NCBI GenBank assembly: GCA_965219415.1
Contig: CBDCNP010000002.1
Location: forward strand, 384,001 to 448,000
DNA: 64,000 nucleotides
Direction: 5' to 3'
Origin: Candidatus Marinacidobacterales bacterium
GTDB lineage: Bacteria > Acidobacteriota > Vicinamibacteria > Marinacidobacterales > DATDRI01
Part shown: positions 29,173-39,627 of the stretch, piece by piece
Numbering within the stretch: position 1 is the first letter of the stretch
Layout: each line of letters starts with the position of its first letter
Translations under genes and position numbers: made by a program
Notes under the pieces: model-generated
What the model was told of the DNA's origin: nothing
Seen by the model: only the letters and a program-made list of their open reading frames with translations
The model's database searches: none

Positions 29173-29586
29173 ATGAAGAAGTTAGTGCTCATCGCTGTTC
29201 TCGTTCTATTTTCCCAAACATTGGAAGCCTCGGGCAACAAGCTCGTCGGCGCCTGGGACACGCATAGTTATGTCATCGAAGGCAAGACCCATGCACTGGA
29301 CGGTATTATCATTTTTACTGAGAACTACTTCGCAGGCACCGCCTACTCGAGCTTCTCCGGTGGAGAAATGGACGACTCCAACGCCAACGCCGGAACTTAC
29401 ACCATCGAGGGAAACAAGGTCACTTTCCAGCAGCAGGTGCAGATCCACATCCGCCCCGGCGACAAGAAAGAACCGATCTTCTATGGGAAGGATGTGCCAG
29501 AAGAAGCGACCTTCAAGGTCGACGGCGACAATCTCACCATCTACTTCCCGTCAGGCACCAAGTACCTGGCTAAACGCCTGGAATAG
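29173..29586 (+). CDS. Secreted lipocalin-like domain protein
   Basis: GAGGAGG RBS, signal peptide, LVGAW and AGTYTIEGNKV. Confidence 0.7.
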   Translation: MKKLVLIAVLVLFSQTLEASGNKLVGAWDTHSYVIEGKTHALDGIIIFTENYFAGTAYSSFSGGEMDDSNANAGTYTIEGNKVTFQQQVQIHIRPGDKKEPIFYGKDVPEEATFKVDGDNLTIYFPSGTKYLAKRLE

Positions 29587-29595
29587 CGCACATTT

Positions 29596-29636
29596 TTAGA
29601 TCCGACCCCTGTTATATAACAGGGGGTCGGATCTAA
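29596..29636. terminator. Near-perfect 41 bp palindrome between convergent genes (terminator or REP)
   Basis: TTAGATCCGACCCCTGTTAT / ATAACAGGGGGTCGGATCTAA, one unpaired G. Confidence 0.65.
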
Positions 29637-29652
29637 TAGTGTGACACTTTTG

Positions 29653-30184
29653 TTACTTTTGGTTACGAACCGTTAGCGCTTCCTTCGCAGCAGCCACCTC
29701 GGCCACCGGGACGTCCGCCTCTCCCCATAAGGAAAGAAACTGCTCGTACATCGCCTTGGCCTCGGCACGCCGCCCCATCTGTTCGTACAGTTTTCCGAGT
29801 TGATAGTGGGCCTTGACGTAATGGATGGGTATGTCGAGTCGGGCATCGGTGAGCTCGATCAGGCGGACCAACTCCTTCTCGGCTTCTTCGTGCCTGCCCG
29901 ATGCAGCATAGGCACGAGCCAGCGTCTCCCTATAGAGAGGATGGTCGTAGGATTGAATCGCCAGGGGGAAATTGACGAGCGCGTCCTCAGCACGGCCGCG
30001 CGCCAATAGGATTTCCCCGTTGAGATGATAGAAGCGCCGAATGTGGGGCGCGAACTCTTCCTGCAGCGTGGCATCACCAATGATCCTCAATTGATTGCCA
30101 GCCTTGTGCAGTCGATCCTGCTTGATCTCCAACAGTCCCATCAGGTGTTGCAGATCGAGATTGAGGTCGCTCACCGAATGCACA
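29653..30184 (-). pseudogene. C-terminal TPR part of the creatininase-TPR gene, cut off by IS256
   Basis: TPR helices (AHYQLGKLYEQMGRRAEAKAMYEQFL); rejoins the upstream part in frame when the IS is removed. Confidence 0.85.
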
Positions 30185-31584
30185 GAGTTATAACCAGAAG
30201 TTGTGGATCGCCTGAATGAGAAAGGCGGCGTATCCTTCCATGTAAGACAAAGGCCAAACCGGTTTTAGCGAACCGGAGGAAGGAAACGCCACCGATGCTG
30301 AGGATACAAGATCCACCGAAGGAAACGAAACATGAGGAAGTCGGGACTGCGCTCGATGAGCTGGCTCGTGAGGGGGCGCGTCGAATGTTGATGACGGCGC
30401 TGGAGGAGGAAGTCGGAGACTACATCGAAAGCCACTCTCCGGAACGAGACGAGAACGGACACGCGAGCGTAGTCCGCAACGGTCGAGCTCGAGCCCGCAA
30501 AGTGACGATGGGCTGCGGAACGATGGAAGTCGAGGCGCCGCGAGTCAACGACAAGCGGGTGATCGATGGAGAACGTCAGCGCTTCACGAGCAGCATCTTA
30601 CCTCCGTATATGCGTCGCTCCCCGAAGGTGAGTGAGGTTTTGCCGTTGCTGTACTTGCGCGGATTGTCGACGAACGATTTCGGGCCTGCGCTGAAGGAGC
30701 TGCTGGGCGAGGAGGCTTCGGGGCTTTCGTCGACGGCGATCACGAGGCTGACGGCGAAATGGCAGTCGGAGTACGAAGAGTTTCGGAAACGAGACTTGAG
30801 CCGCGAGGATTACGCGTACATCTGGGTCGACGGCGTTCACTTCAATGTTCGTCTCGAAGACGACAGGCTTTGCACCCTTGTCGTTCTTGGTGTTCGGGCG
30901 GATGGGACGAAGGAGCTGCTCGCGGTGGAGGACGGTTATCGAGAGAGCGAGGAGAGCTGGGCGTACGTGCTGAGGGAACTAGATCGCCGCGGGATGAAAC
31001 CTCCTCTTCTCGCCATCGGAGACGGCGCCTTGGGATTCTGGGCTGCGGTTCGAAACGTATGGCCGGAAACCCGTCACCAGTTGTGCTGCGTTCACAAGAC
31101 AAAAAACGTCCTCGACAAGCTACCGAGGCGTCTTCATGGCCGTGTGAAGGGTGCCCTGAACGAGATCGTCAAGGCTGAGACCAGGGAGCAGGCGGAAGAA
31201 GCTCTTGAGCGGTTCGAATCGGACTACGGGGCCAAGTACCCCAAGGCTGTCGCATCCCTGACCAAGCACCAGGACAAACTCCTGACGTTCTACGATTTCC
31301 CCGCCGAGCACTGGGAGCACATCCGAACCGCCAACCCCATCGAGTCGGCGTTCGCCACGGTGCGACTCCGGCAGAGAGTTACCAAGGGAGCAGGCTCCCG
31401 TTCGAAAACCCTCCTCATGGCCTACAAGTTACTCGACATGGCGAGCCAACGATGGCGCCGGGTGAACGCCCCCGCACTTGTCGCTCGGATACTTGAGGGA
31501 GAGAAGTTCGTCGACGGATTAAACGAAGAAGCGAGGAACGCCGCTTGACTCAGAAAGTTGATCCACAACTCTTGACAATATCTC
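30185..31584 (+). mobile_element. IS256 family insertion sequence, 1400 bp
   Basis: Terminal inverted repeats match 19/25 (GAGTTATAACCAGAAGTTGTGGATC vs reverse complement of the right end); 9 bp target duplication GAATGCACA (30176..30184) / GAATGCGCA (31585..31593). Confidence 0.93.
30295..31548 (+). CDS. IS256 family (Mutator-like) DDE transposase
   Basis: RNG, LYLRGLST, WVDG, GDGALG, QLCCVH and RTANPIES motifs. Confidence 0.96.
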   Translation: MLRIQDPPKETKHEEVGTALDELAREGARRMLMTALEEEVGDYIESHSPERDENGHASVVRNGRARARKVTMGCGTMEVEAPRVNDKRVIDGERQRFTSSILPPYMRRSPKVSEVLPLLYLRGLSTNDFGPALKELLGEEASGLSSTAITRLTAKWQSEYEEFRKRDLSREDYAYIWVDGVHFNVRLEDDRLCTLVVLGVRADGTKELLAVEDGYRESEESWAYVLRELDRRGMKPPLLAIGDGALGFWAAVRNVWPETRHQLCCVHKTKNVLDKLPRRLHGRVKGALNEIVKAETREQAEEALERFESDYGAKYPKAVASLTKHQDKLLTFYDFPAEHWEHIRTANPIESAFATVRLRQRVTKGAGSRSKTLLMAYKLLDMASQRWRRVNAPALVARILEGEKFVDGLNEEARNAA

Positions 31585-32879
31585 GAATGCGCAAGCTGCA
31601 ACGCCTCTCCGTAGGCTTCCGCCACACCCTCTAACTCCCCGATTTCGCTCAGGAAGTAGCCCACGTACAAGAGTCGATGCGCTTCGGCTCTTGAATCGCC
31701 TCTCTTGGACGCTAACTCCCGCCCGGCTTTCTTGCTTGCCGTAGCCTCCTTGAAGCGTCCCTGGTACAGCTCGATGAGCGCTAGCTCGTCGTAGGCTTTT
31801 TCGCGGGTCTCGGACGCTTGTCGTCGGAGGAGCGGCTCCACCGTCCGGCGCGCTTCGTCGAACTCACCTTGCAAGACCGCGGTTCGCGCCAGTTCGATTC
31901 GCGCCTCGATGTCGTCCGGGTGCCCTTTCAGCCTTTCGTCGAAGAGGACGCGCGCCCCGTCAAAATCGGCTTCGCGCCTCGAGAGAATCCCAGCCGCCAA
32001 GGCACCGCTCGGTTCTGGCAGCCCGCCATACGGAACATCGGTCGGGGGCGAGACCTTCCACTGCTCTCGGCCCTTTTGGACGAAGTCTGCGAGTGTCGTC
32101 GCGAGGGCGTTCAGATACTCACGACCCGCCTCGGCGGTCGTCGCCCGCGGATCCCCAAAGACCCCGTTCGGCGTTACACTCTGAGTCCCCTCTGCGTTCG
32201 TTCTTTCACCCGCACCGTACGCGTCTCCCATGAACCCAATCTCGGCCTCGCTCATTCGTACAAGATCCGGTCTCGCTGCGAGCACCATGGAAGTTTCCGA
32301 CCCTCCCGCATGAGAACCGGCGACTGCCGGGTCGATACCCAACCGCTCGGTCGTTGATGTCAGTGCGCCGATGTAGCTGGTCGCATCGGTGAAGGCCATG
32401 AGGTTCAAGTGTGGGTAGAAGTTCGAAAGCTCACGAGCTGCCCGTTCTACGGCGGTAAAGTTTCCACCGTGAGTCGGAATGAGGGCGACGTGACGGAACC
32501 CATGCCATGCCAGGCTATGAACATACTCTCGCAAGAGTGCGACGAGCACGTCGTTTCGCACGCTGAGCGTGCCGGGGAAGTAAAGATGATGAGAAGAGGC
32601 CCCGATACGGATATTGGGTGCCACCACGGCTCGCCCGATCCGCTTGGCGATCTCTGAGCCGATGAAATCGCCGGTGACCGAGTCACTCGCCAAGGCGATC
32701 TGAGGGCCGTGCTGTTCGGTCGCACCGATGGTGATAATCACCGTATCCACGCCGGCATCGATCGCATCACGAACCTCGGGCCAGGTCATCTCCTCGAGAA
32801 GAGCCCCCGATGTTTGCCCGTGCGCCATCGGTGATGACACCGTCAGGATTCCTACGGTCAGCGCAATAACAAATCTCAT
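31585..32879 (-). pseudogene. Secreted creatininase-family amidohydrolase with TPR extension, interrupted by IS256; start MRFVIAL
   Basis: EEMTWPE, GATEQHGP..D, HGGN and HAGGSETS motifs; ATGA overlap with the upstream MFS gene. Confidence 0.88.
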
Positions 32880-34141
32880 TTCGAAACCTCCTCCAGGTCG
32901 ATCGGTTCTATGCGGCGAATAATGAAAGCAACCGCGGCAGCCGCGCACAAAGGCAAAAGCCCCGCAACTACAAATACCGGCTGATAACCGAAATGATCGA
33001 CCAACCATCCGGTGGCGAGCGTGAAGGTCATTCCCCCGAGGCCGGCGCCCATGCTCGAAAGACCGGTGACGGAGCCCACCGCACCGCGGGGAGCGATATC
33101 GGCAGCGACGGTGAGCATGTTGGTAGCCCACGCACCGAAAGACAAAGTCGCAAAGGCGATCAGAGCGAGATTGGCGGCGGGGTCCTCAACGGAAACCGCG
33201 GGGAGGGCGGTCGTCATCCCAACCGCGCTTGCATAGAGGACGGTCTTTCGAGCCCGATCCACGGTGAATCCTTTTCGTATGAGATAGCTTGAGAGAAACC
33301 CGCCTCCCACGTTGCCAATATCTGCGGTGAGAAAAGGGATCCACGCGAAGTAGCCGATCTGTTCCAGGGTATAACCGCGTGCGCGTACCAAATACTCCGG
33401 AAGCCAAAACACAAAGAACCACCACGTCGGATCGGCACCCATGCGGGCGAGCACAGCTCCCCATACCTTCCTCTGGCCGAGGAGCAAGCGCCAGGGCGGG
33501 CGTTCACGGGATACGGGCTCGACTTCCTGGAGCATCGTCTCCTTGTCCGCCGTTGTGAGTCGAGGATGTTCCTGAGGCGGCCAGTAGATGGTCAACCAGG
33601 CCAAGAGCCAAAAGAACCCGAGCGCTCCGGTGATTAGAAAGGCGGCCCGCCATCCCCATCGCAGGGTGATGAAGACCACGATAGGCGGAGCCACCATCGC
33701 GCCCACGCTGGTGCCGGACCCGAAGACACCGATCGCCGATGCGCGGTCACGGGCCGGGAACCATTCCGTAACGGCTCGGGTCGATGCGGGCCAACTGCCG
33801 GCCTCCCCCATCCCCAAGAGAAACCGGAAGAACGCGAAGCCGGCCGCACCGCGGACCGTGGCATGGAGCATGCCGGCTATGGACCACCAAATAATAGAAA
33901 GCGTGAAGCCCCGACGAGTTCCCCACCGATCCATCAGCCAGCCGGATCCGGCCAGCATGAAAGTGTAGGCAAGCAGGAAAGAAAAGACGATGCGCGAGTA
34001 GTCGACGTTGGAGAGCCCTAGCTCGTCACGAATGATGGGCGCGTTGACGGAAAGGACCTGCCGATCGATGTAGCTGATGACGGTGGCCAGGAACAACATC
34101 GCCACGATCACCACCCGGCTGTTGCGGATCGTCGCTCTCAT
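32876..34141 (-). CDS. MFS transporter (ACS/ExuT-like)
   Basis: ISYIDRQ, DRWGTRRG, RFLLGMGEAG, EWFP and FWLPEYL motifs. Confidence 0.92.
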   Translation of the reverse strand: MRATIRNSRVVIVAMLFLATVISYIDRQVLSVNAPIIRDELGLSNVDYSRIVFSFLLAYTFMLAGSGWLMDRWGTRRGFTLSIIWWSIAGMLHATVRGAAGFAFFRFLLGMGEAGSWPASTRAVTEWFPARDRASAIGVFGSGTSVGAMVAPPIVVFITLRWGWRAAFLITGALGFFWLLAWLTIYWPPQEHPRLTTADKETMLQEVEPVSRERPPWRLLLGQRKVWGAVLARMGADPTWWFFVFWLPEYLVRARGYTLEQIGYFAWIPFLTADIGNVGGGFLSSYLIRKGFTVDRARKTVLYASAVGMTTALPAVSVEDPAANLALIAFATLSFGAWATNMLTVAADIAPRGAVGSVTGLSSMGAGLGGMTFTLATGWLVDHFGYQPVFVVAGLLPLCAAAAVAFIIRRIEPIDLEEVSK

Positions 34142-34284
34142 CAGTGACTGGCCAACGTATCACCGACTAGAGAGCGATTCCAGCGTTTTGCATCAGATGT
34201 AGGGAATTCCGCCTCGAATCATACCCAAGGGAGGTATCCTCCCTCAACGGCGCCGAACGCGCGGTAGCTACTGTAGGAGGGGTT

Positions 34285-34519
34285 ATGAACGAGGAATCAA
34301 GCAAGCGAATGGCAAGATGTGCGATACGTCAAAGCGCTGGTCGACAACTGGCCGGAAGCATCCGTCGAACCTCCAGTCTCGGAGGCTCCGGTAGAGGTGT
34401 TGGACTGCGAACCGGACGTGATCGTTAGAGGGGACGCAGAAAAAGGAGATGCGGTTTGTACTCGGACTAATCGCCGCATATCATACCGCACGCCCAGTCC
34501 GTCAGGCGTGCCGGGATGA
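34285..34519 (+). CDS. Small acidic hypothetical protein (~78 aa), probable frameshift near 34297
   Basis: AGGAGG RBS before ATG 34285; protein-like frame QASEWQDVRYVKALVDNWPE... ends 24 bp before the next gene. Confidence 0.45.
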
Positions 34520-34543
34520 AAAGAACGGAGGGAGACACGAGAG

Positions 34544-35269
34544 ATGGCCACTCCTCAGACGTACCTTAGGCCGACCGGAGCCGCTTGGCTCGACACGATT
34601 CGGGTAGAGCTCCTAGAGCCACTTCTAGACACGGTGCGCCACCACTCGGTCGTCGCCGATTCCCATTCCGGCAAGTTACCGCGCGAGGCTTTGATGCGAT
34701 TGTTGGCCGACGTGCTCTGGCTGCTGGTATCGACTCCGAACCACGTGGCCGCTCTCGCTGCCCGCTGCCCCACCTACCGTCACGATCTCAAGACCGAGCT
34801 GCTACAAAACGCTTACAGCGAGCACAATCACCCCGAAGCATTGTCCCGCGCCGTGACCGCTCTCGGTGGCCCCGGTCAGCAGATCCTCGCCGGTCCGGAA
34901 TGGGCTTGGGAGCCGTACTGGGCCACCTGGCACGTTCGTAATTGGCAAGAACTCTGTTGTCTCTCTCGTCCTTTCGTCGACGGGGTGGCCTGTTTCAACG
35001 TCGGTGTCGAGGGAGTGGTTCCTTCCATTTTCCATCCCATTGGTGAGGGACTGGAGGAACAATATGGACTAAGCGGGGCGGCGCTCGACTGGTTTCAGTG
35101 GCACGGAGGCGAAGTCGAGGAAGAGCACGGAAACGAAGGGCTCAAAGTGCTGGCGGAGATCGTGGATCCGAACGATGAGGAGATTCAGTCTCGTTGCCGA
35201 TACATCATCGACCGCACCAGCTCGTTCATCGCCGGTCCCTGGCTCGACGCCTATCAGTCGGCCCCCTAG
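34544..35269 (+). CDS. Heme-oxygenase-like diiron/iron-containing redox enzyme (PqqC/CADD/TenA fold)
   Basis: NAYSEHNH, GVEG and WFQWHGGEVEEEH ligand pattern in an all-helical ~240 aa protein. Confidence 0.75.
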   Translation: MATPQTYLRPTGAAWLDTIRVELLEPLLDTVRHHSVVADSHSGKLPREALMRLLADVLWLLVSTPNHVAALAARCPTYRHDLKTELLQNAYSEHNHPEALSRAVTALGGPGQQILAGPEWAWEPYWATWHVRNWQELCCLSRPFVDGVACFNVGVEGVVPSIFHPIGEGLEEQYGLSGAALDWFQWHGGEVEEEHGNEGLKVLAEIVDPNDEEIQSRCRYIIDRTSSFIAGPWLDAYQSAP

Positions 35270-35275
35270 GCTCCA

Positions 35276-35479
35276 GTGCTCGACTTTCTCCAGTGGTACT
35301 TCCCTTGGTCGCGGATCGATCCGATCTTGAAGATCGAGCTCATGATCTGGTTTGGCTCCGTGGCCGCCGCCTTCCTGATTCCCACCTGGGCACTAGTCCT
35401 CAAGAAAACGTGGCTGCCCATGTCACATCTCCCCCTTCCAGCGAACGAAGACAAGGCGCCCGATTCCGATGCGCATTGA
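35276..35479 (+). CDS. Small single-pass membrane protein (symporter accessory-like)
   Basis: 67 aa with one hydrophobic helix; overlaps the start of the symporter gene. Confidence 0.6.
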   Translation: MLDFLQWYFPWSRIDPILKIELMIWFGSVAAAFLIPTWALVLKKTWLPMSHLPLPANEDKAPDSDAH

Positions 35480-36950
35480 GGCCATCCTCTACGTCGCTTT
35501 CCTAGCGCTCAGTTTCGGGATCGGAGCCTTCGCCGTCCGCCGCGTCAAGACGCTCGCCGATTATTACGTTGCCGGCGGATCGATGCCATGGTACCTCCTC
35601 GCGGGAAGTTTCATCGCCGCCAATGCGAGTGCCGCCCTCTTCCTCGGAGCGACCAATGTCGCGGGCGGTGTCGGCTACACGTTCTGGTGTGGCTATTTCA
35701 CGACCGCAGCCGGCATCCTGTTCGCGATTGGCGTAGTCGGTGTCCTGGTCCGTCGACTCTCCGGCCGATACGAGATCTACAACTTCGCCGACATCCTTGC
35801 CCTTCGGTACCAGAGTCGAGAGAAAACGGTGCGCATTATTACGGCGGTGGTGGTTCCTTGCGTCTATATCCCATACATCGCCGCTCAATTCATTGGGCTG
35901 GCTGCGATCACTTCGGCCGCGTTCGACTTCAACTACTCCCTCGTCCTGATCGGTATTATTTCGCTGATCGTCGGGTACACGTTCCTGGGAGGCATGGTCG
36001 CCGTCGTCTGGACCGATGCCTTTCAATTCTTGGTGCTGTTCTTGGGCATGATCCTCGTTGTCCCCATCGGGATGGAAGTCGCGGGGAACGGTTCCGCTGC
36101 TGCCGGATGGGAGCGGATCGTCGCTTTGGGCCCCGAGATCTTCCAGTGGACGAATGAGTCCTGGCCCTGGTATTTGGTCTTTGGACAGTTCGTTTGGCTC
36201 TTTGCGTTCTCCGCCGAGCCCCACCTGGTCACACGATTTCTCACCGCCCGCGACGAAGCGACGATTCTAAAAGCTCTACCCGTCTGCCTGGTCGCGGTAT
36301 TGATACTCTATTCCTCATCGGTCCCGGTGGGTCTCCTGGGCCGACTCGTCGCACCCCAGCTCGCCGAAGGTGAGTACTACTACATCGAGCTGGCACGTGC
36401 GGCGCTAGGAACCTGGCTCGGTGCGTTCGCTTTGGCCGGCGTAGCCGCCGCCGCACTTTCCACTTGCTCGACCGAGCTTATCGTAAGCTCGCAATCCCTT
36501 TCGCGAGATCTCTATCAAAAACTATTGGCACCCGACGCCCCCGAGAAGCGGGTCCTCTGGGTTGCCCGCTCGAGCGTCGTCGTCATGGGTGCGTTGACGT
36601 TCGTCCTCGCCTACTTCCGTATACTGAGCATTTTCTGGTTGGTGATTCTCTCCGTTTCCTTGCTCACCAGCGCGTTTTTCGTCCCCGTGGTGGGAGGATT
36701 CTTCTGGCCTCGCGCCACCTCGGCTGGCGCCGTCGCATCCATGATCGCGGGGGTAACGGCGGGGGTGTCGGTTTACATCGTCAATCAAATCGGGGGAACT
36801 CACTATTTCATTAGTGAGCTCTATGCGGGCCTCGGTGCGAGTTTGTTGGCCTTCTGGGGCGTCAGCCGTCTCGGAAAACCGACGGACGCGGAGCTGCGAG
36901 TACTGTCGTCGCTGCGAGTCGGGCCGCCACGATCCAGAGAGGCGGCCTAG
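35469..36950 (+). CDS. Sodium:solute symporter family protein
   Basis: DYYVAG, YTFLGGMVAVVWTDAFQ and AAALST motifs; many transmembrane segments. Confidence 0.93.
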   Translation: MRIEAILYVAFLALSFGIGAFAVRRVKTLADYYVAGGSMPWYLLAGSFIAANASAALFLGATNVAGGVGYTFWCGYFTTAAGILFAIGVVGVLVRRLSGRYEIYNFADILALRYQSREKTVRIITAVVVPCVYIPYIAAQFIGLAAITSAAFDFNYSLVLIGIISLIVGYTFLGGMVAVVWTDAFQFLVLFLGMILVVPIGMEVAGNGSAAAGWERIVALGPEIFQWTNESWPWYLVFGQFVWLFAFSAEPHLVTRFLTARDEATILKALPVCLVAVLILYSSSVPVGLLGRLVAPQLAEGEYYYIELARAALGTWLGAFALAGVAAAALSTCSTELIVSSQSLSRDLYQKLLAPDAPEKRVLWVARSSVVVMGALTFVLAYFRILSIFWLVILSVSLLTSAFFVPVVGGFFWPRATSAGAVASMIAGVTAGVSVYIVNQIGGTHYFISELYAGLGASLLAFWGVSRLGKPTDAELRVLSSLRVGPPRSREAA

Positions 36951-36952
36951 CG

Positions 36953-37861
36953 ATGGCGGGCCGGGCCCTCCGGGTCGGCATCGTCGGCTACGGCGAAGCG
37001 GGGGTCTTCCACGCCCGACATCTCGTTGGTGCGGGCGCCGAAGTCGTTGGCGCGGTGACGTCTCGCGCACTCGATTCTGGACGCCGACGTTTCCACTCGG
37101 TCTCCGAGATGCTACCTCACGTGGATGCCGTGACCATCGCGGTACCCAATCATCTCCATGCTGGCCTTTGTATCGAAGTACTCGAGGCGGGAAAACCGGT
37201 CTTCGTCGAGAAACCACTGCTCCAAACATCGGCTGAGCTCGAGGCTCTGGAACCGGTACTGCGGAGCACGCCGCTACCGGTGCATGTTGGCTTTCGTCTC
37301 CATTGGAACCCGACCCTGCGCGCCTTGAAAGAGCGACTGCGTGGAGTGCGTCGCCTCCGATGCAACTACCGTTTGGGGATCGATCAGTTGGCCAAAGACA
37401 AGCCATGGACGCGTCAAAAGAAAACAAGCGGCGGTGCCTTTTTCACGCTCGGGGTACACGCCCAGGAACTCGTGCGTTGGCTCGCTGGCGCTCGCGGAGA
37501 ACCTCTGTCCGATCTCAGTGCCCAAGCAGAACACTACGAAGACAGGACCGACTTCCCCCTCGTAATGTCCATGTTCGGTCACCTACCCAATGGTGTCGAG
37601 TTGAAGTCCGCCGTCGATCTCCGCGGTGATGCCCCCTTTCGGTTGGAGCTCGAAGTGGAAGCGAATTCGGGTACCTATCCCGATCCTTCGCTACCAGGAC
37701 CCGCACCGGAAGAGAAAGGATCCGCGGAGGCCGAGTACCGTGGCTTGATGAGCGACTTCGTGCGTGCCGCGACGAGCGTGGAAGAACAATCCGAGGCCGT
37801 TGAAGAGATTTTGCAAACACATCGCGATCTACTGGCGGCTCGCTCCATCGCCGAACCCTAA
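36953..37861 (+). CDS. Gfo/Idh/MocA oxidoreductase
   Basis: GIVGYG, VPNHLH, GKPVFVEKP and GVH motifs. Confidence 0.9.
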   Translation: MAGRALRVGIVGYGEAGVFHARHLVGAGAEVVGAVTSRALDSGRRRFHSVSEMLPHVDAVTIAVPNHLHAGLCIEVLEAGKPVFVEKPLLQTSAELEALEPVLRSTPLPVHVGFRLHWNPTLRALKERLRGVRRLRCNYRLGIDQLAKDKPWTRQKKTSGGAFFTLGVHAQELVRWLAGARGEPLSDLSAQAEHYEDRTDFPLVMSMFGHLPNGVELKSAVDLRGDAPFRLELEVEANSGTYPDPSLPGPAPEEKGSAEAEYRGLMSDFVRAATSVEEQSEAVEEILQTHRDLLAARSIAEP

Positions 37862-38039
37862 CACTCCCTTGTTCCTACTTGATTGGCACGTCGCCGATTG
37901 TCGTGCTAGGTTAGACGACAAGTGAGCCGACGGATGCTTTCTCAACTTCAAACAATTGAATTGACTCTACAACAAATTGATTTCCGCCGATTCGGCCGAG
38001 CGACCTGCGTACGGAGGGAACGAACCAACGGAGGTTACG

Positions 38040-39519
38040 ATGAGAAAGGTTGGTGTTCCTAAGATCGCTCTGGTGCTCGCAATCGGCACCTTTTCCCTTC
38101 TGCCCGTTGTGGGTTGTTCCGCACCCGCGGAGCAGGCACACAAAATTCCCCTCACGACTTCATCCTCGGAAGCGTTGGATCTTTTTCTCCAGGGTCGTGA
38201 CCTTGCGGAGAAGGTTCGCTTTCCGGAGGCATTGCCGTACTTCCAAAAAGCCGTGGAGCAAGATCCCGATTTTGCCATGGCCCACCTCAACTTGGCGTTC
38301 TCCCAAAACACGGCAGACGGTTTCTTCGAGAGCATAAAGAAAGCCGCCTCGTTGGCGGACGGTGCGTCGGACGGCGAACAGTTTTGGATACGCGGCACCG
38401 AGGCCGGCATCAACGGCCGACCGATGGAGCAGAGGGAGTACTACGAGAAACTCGTCGACGCCTACCCGAACGACGAACGGGCCCATAACCTATTGGGCAA
38501 TCAGTACTTTGGGCAACAAGAATACGGACCGGCGATCGCCGCTACGAGAAATCCATCGACATCAATCCAGAATTTTCTCAACCCTATAACCAGCTCGGCT
38601 ACTCTTACCGTTTCTCCGGCAAGTACGAGAAGGCGCGGGAAGCCTTCGAGAAATATATCGAAGTGCTCCCGGGCGATCCGAATCCACATGACTCTTACGC
38701 CGAGCTCCTTGATGAAGATGGGAGAGTTCGAGCCGTCCATAGAGCACTACAAGAAAGCCCTCTCGATCAATCCGAAGTTCATCCCGTCCTACATCGGTAT
38801 CGCCACCAACTATAACTACATGGGCAAGCATGAAAAGGCTCGCGAAACGCTCGAGACGTTGTACGAAAAAGCGGACAACAACGGCCAGCGCCGTCAAGCG
38901 CTCTTCGCCACCGCCGTCTCATTAGTGGATGAGGGAAAGTTTGGACCAAGCATTGGAGATCTTGTCCGAACGATACAAGCTGGCCCAAAAAGGCGATGAC
39001 GACGACGCCCTTGCGGCAGACCTCAACCAGATCGGCAACATTCTTCTGGAAGCTGGGCAACCAGATGAAGCGCTCGCGAAGTTCGAGAACTCCGTAACCC
39101 TGATTCGGGAATCGAATCGCTCCAAGGACCAGAAGGCAAACGCGGAGCGCCAACACGTCATCAACGTCGCCCGTGTTGCCTTACGTCAGAATGACCTCGC
39201 CACCGCGAAGTCGAAACTTCAGGAGCATCGCGAGCAGATAGCGGCGATCGAGAACCATCCGCAGGCCGGGATCTCCCACCAAGTTGCCGCGATGATCGCG
39301 CTGGAAGAAGGCGACTACGAGACCGCCCTCGCGGAGATCGAAGAGACCAGCCAGCTGAACCCTTACAACGTCTACCGGAAGGCGATGGTCTACGATGCCA
39401 AGGGCAACACCGAAAAAGCATCTTCCCTCTACCGCAAGGCAGCGGAATTCAACGCGCTGAACAATCTCAACTACGCGTTCATCCGAGCCAAGGCGGTCGA
39501 GAGAGCGAACGCCACTTAG
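38040..39519 (+). CDS. TPR-repeat lipoprotein with about three apparent frameshifts (~38545, ~38705, ~38940)
   Basis: VVGC lipobox, TTSSSEAL..F.QG and DPDFAMA; TPR sequence continues across alternating frames into ORF 38929..39519. Confidence 0.75.
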
Positions 39520-39525
39520 TAGGCT

Positions 39526-39627
39526 GCACCAACGAAGTTGGTGCCACTCTTTCGTACCTCTCCCCCGACTGCGGAGGAGAGGTCGTCTGTGGCAGTCCAC
39601 TAGCCCGCAGTTTGGCCTGGGGCGGGC
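39526..39627. terminator. Triple-hairpin region between convergent genes
   Basis: GCACCAAC/GTTGGTGC (39526..39544), ACCTCTCC/GGAGAGGT (39556..39583), GCCCGC/GCGGGC (39603..39627). Confidence 0.5.

Noticed and set aside
34544-35269. pqqC supplying cofactor to the PQQ dehydrogenase
   Set aside because: Only fold-level resemblance, no pqq operon context, and the PqqD-like gene is 31 kb away in a different operon.
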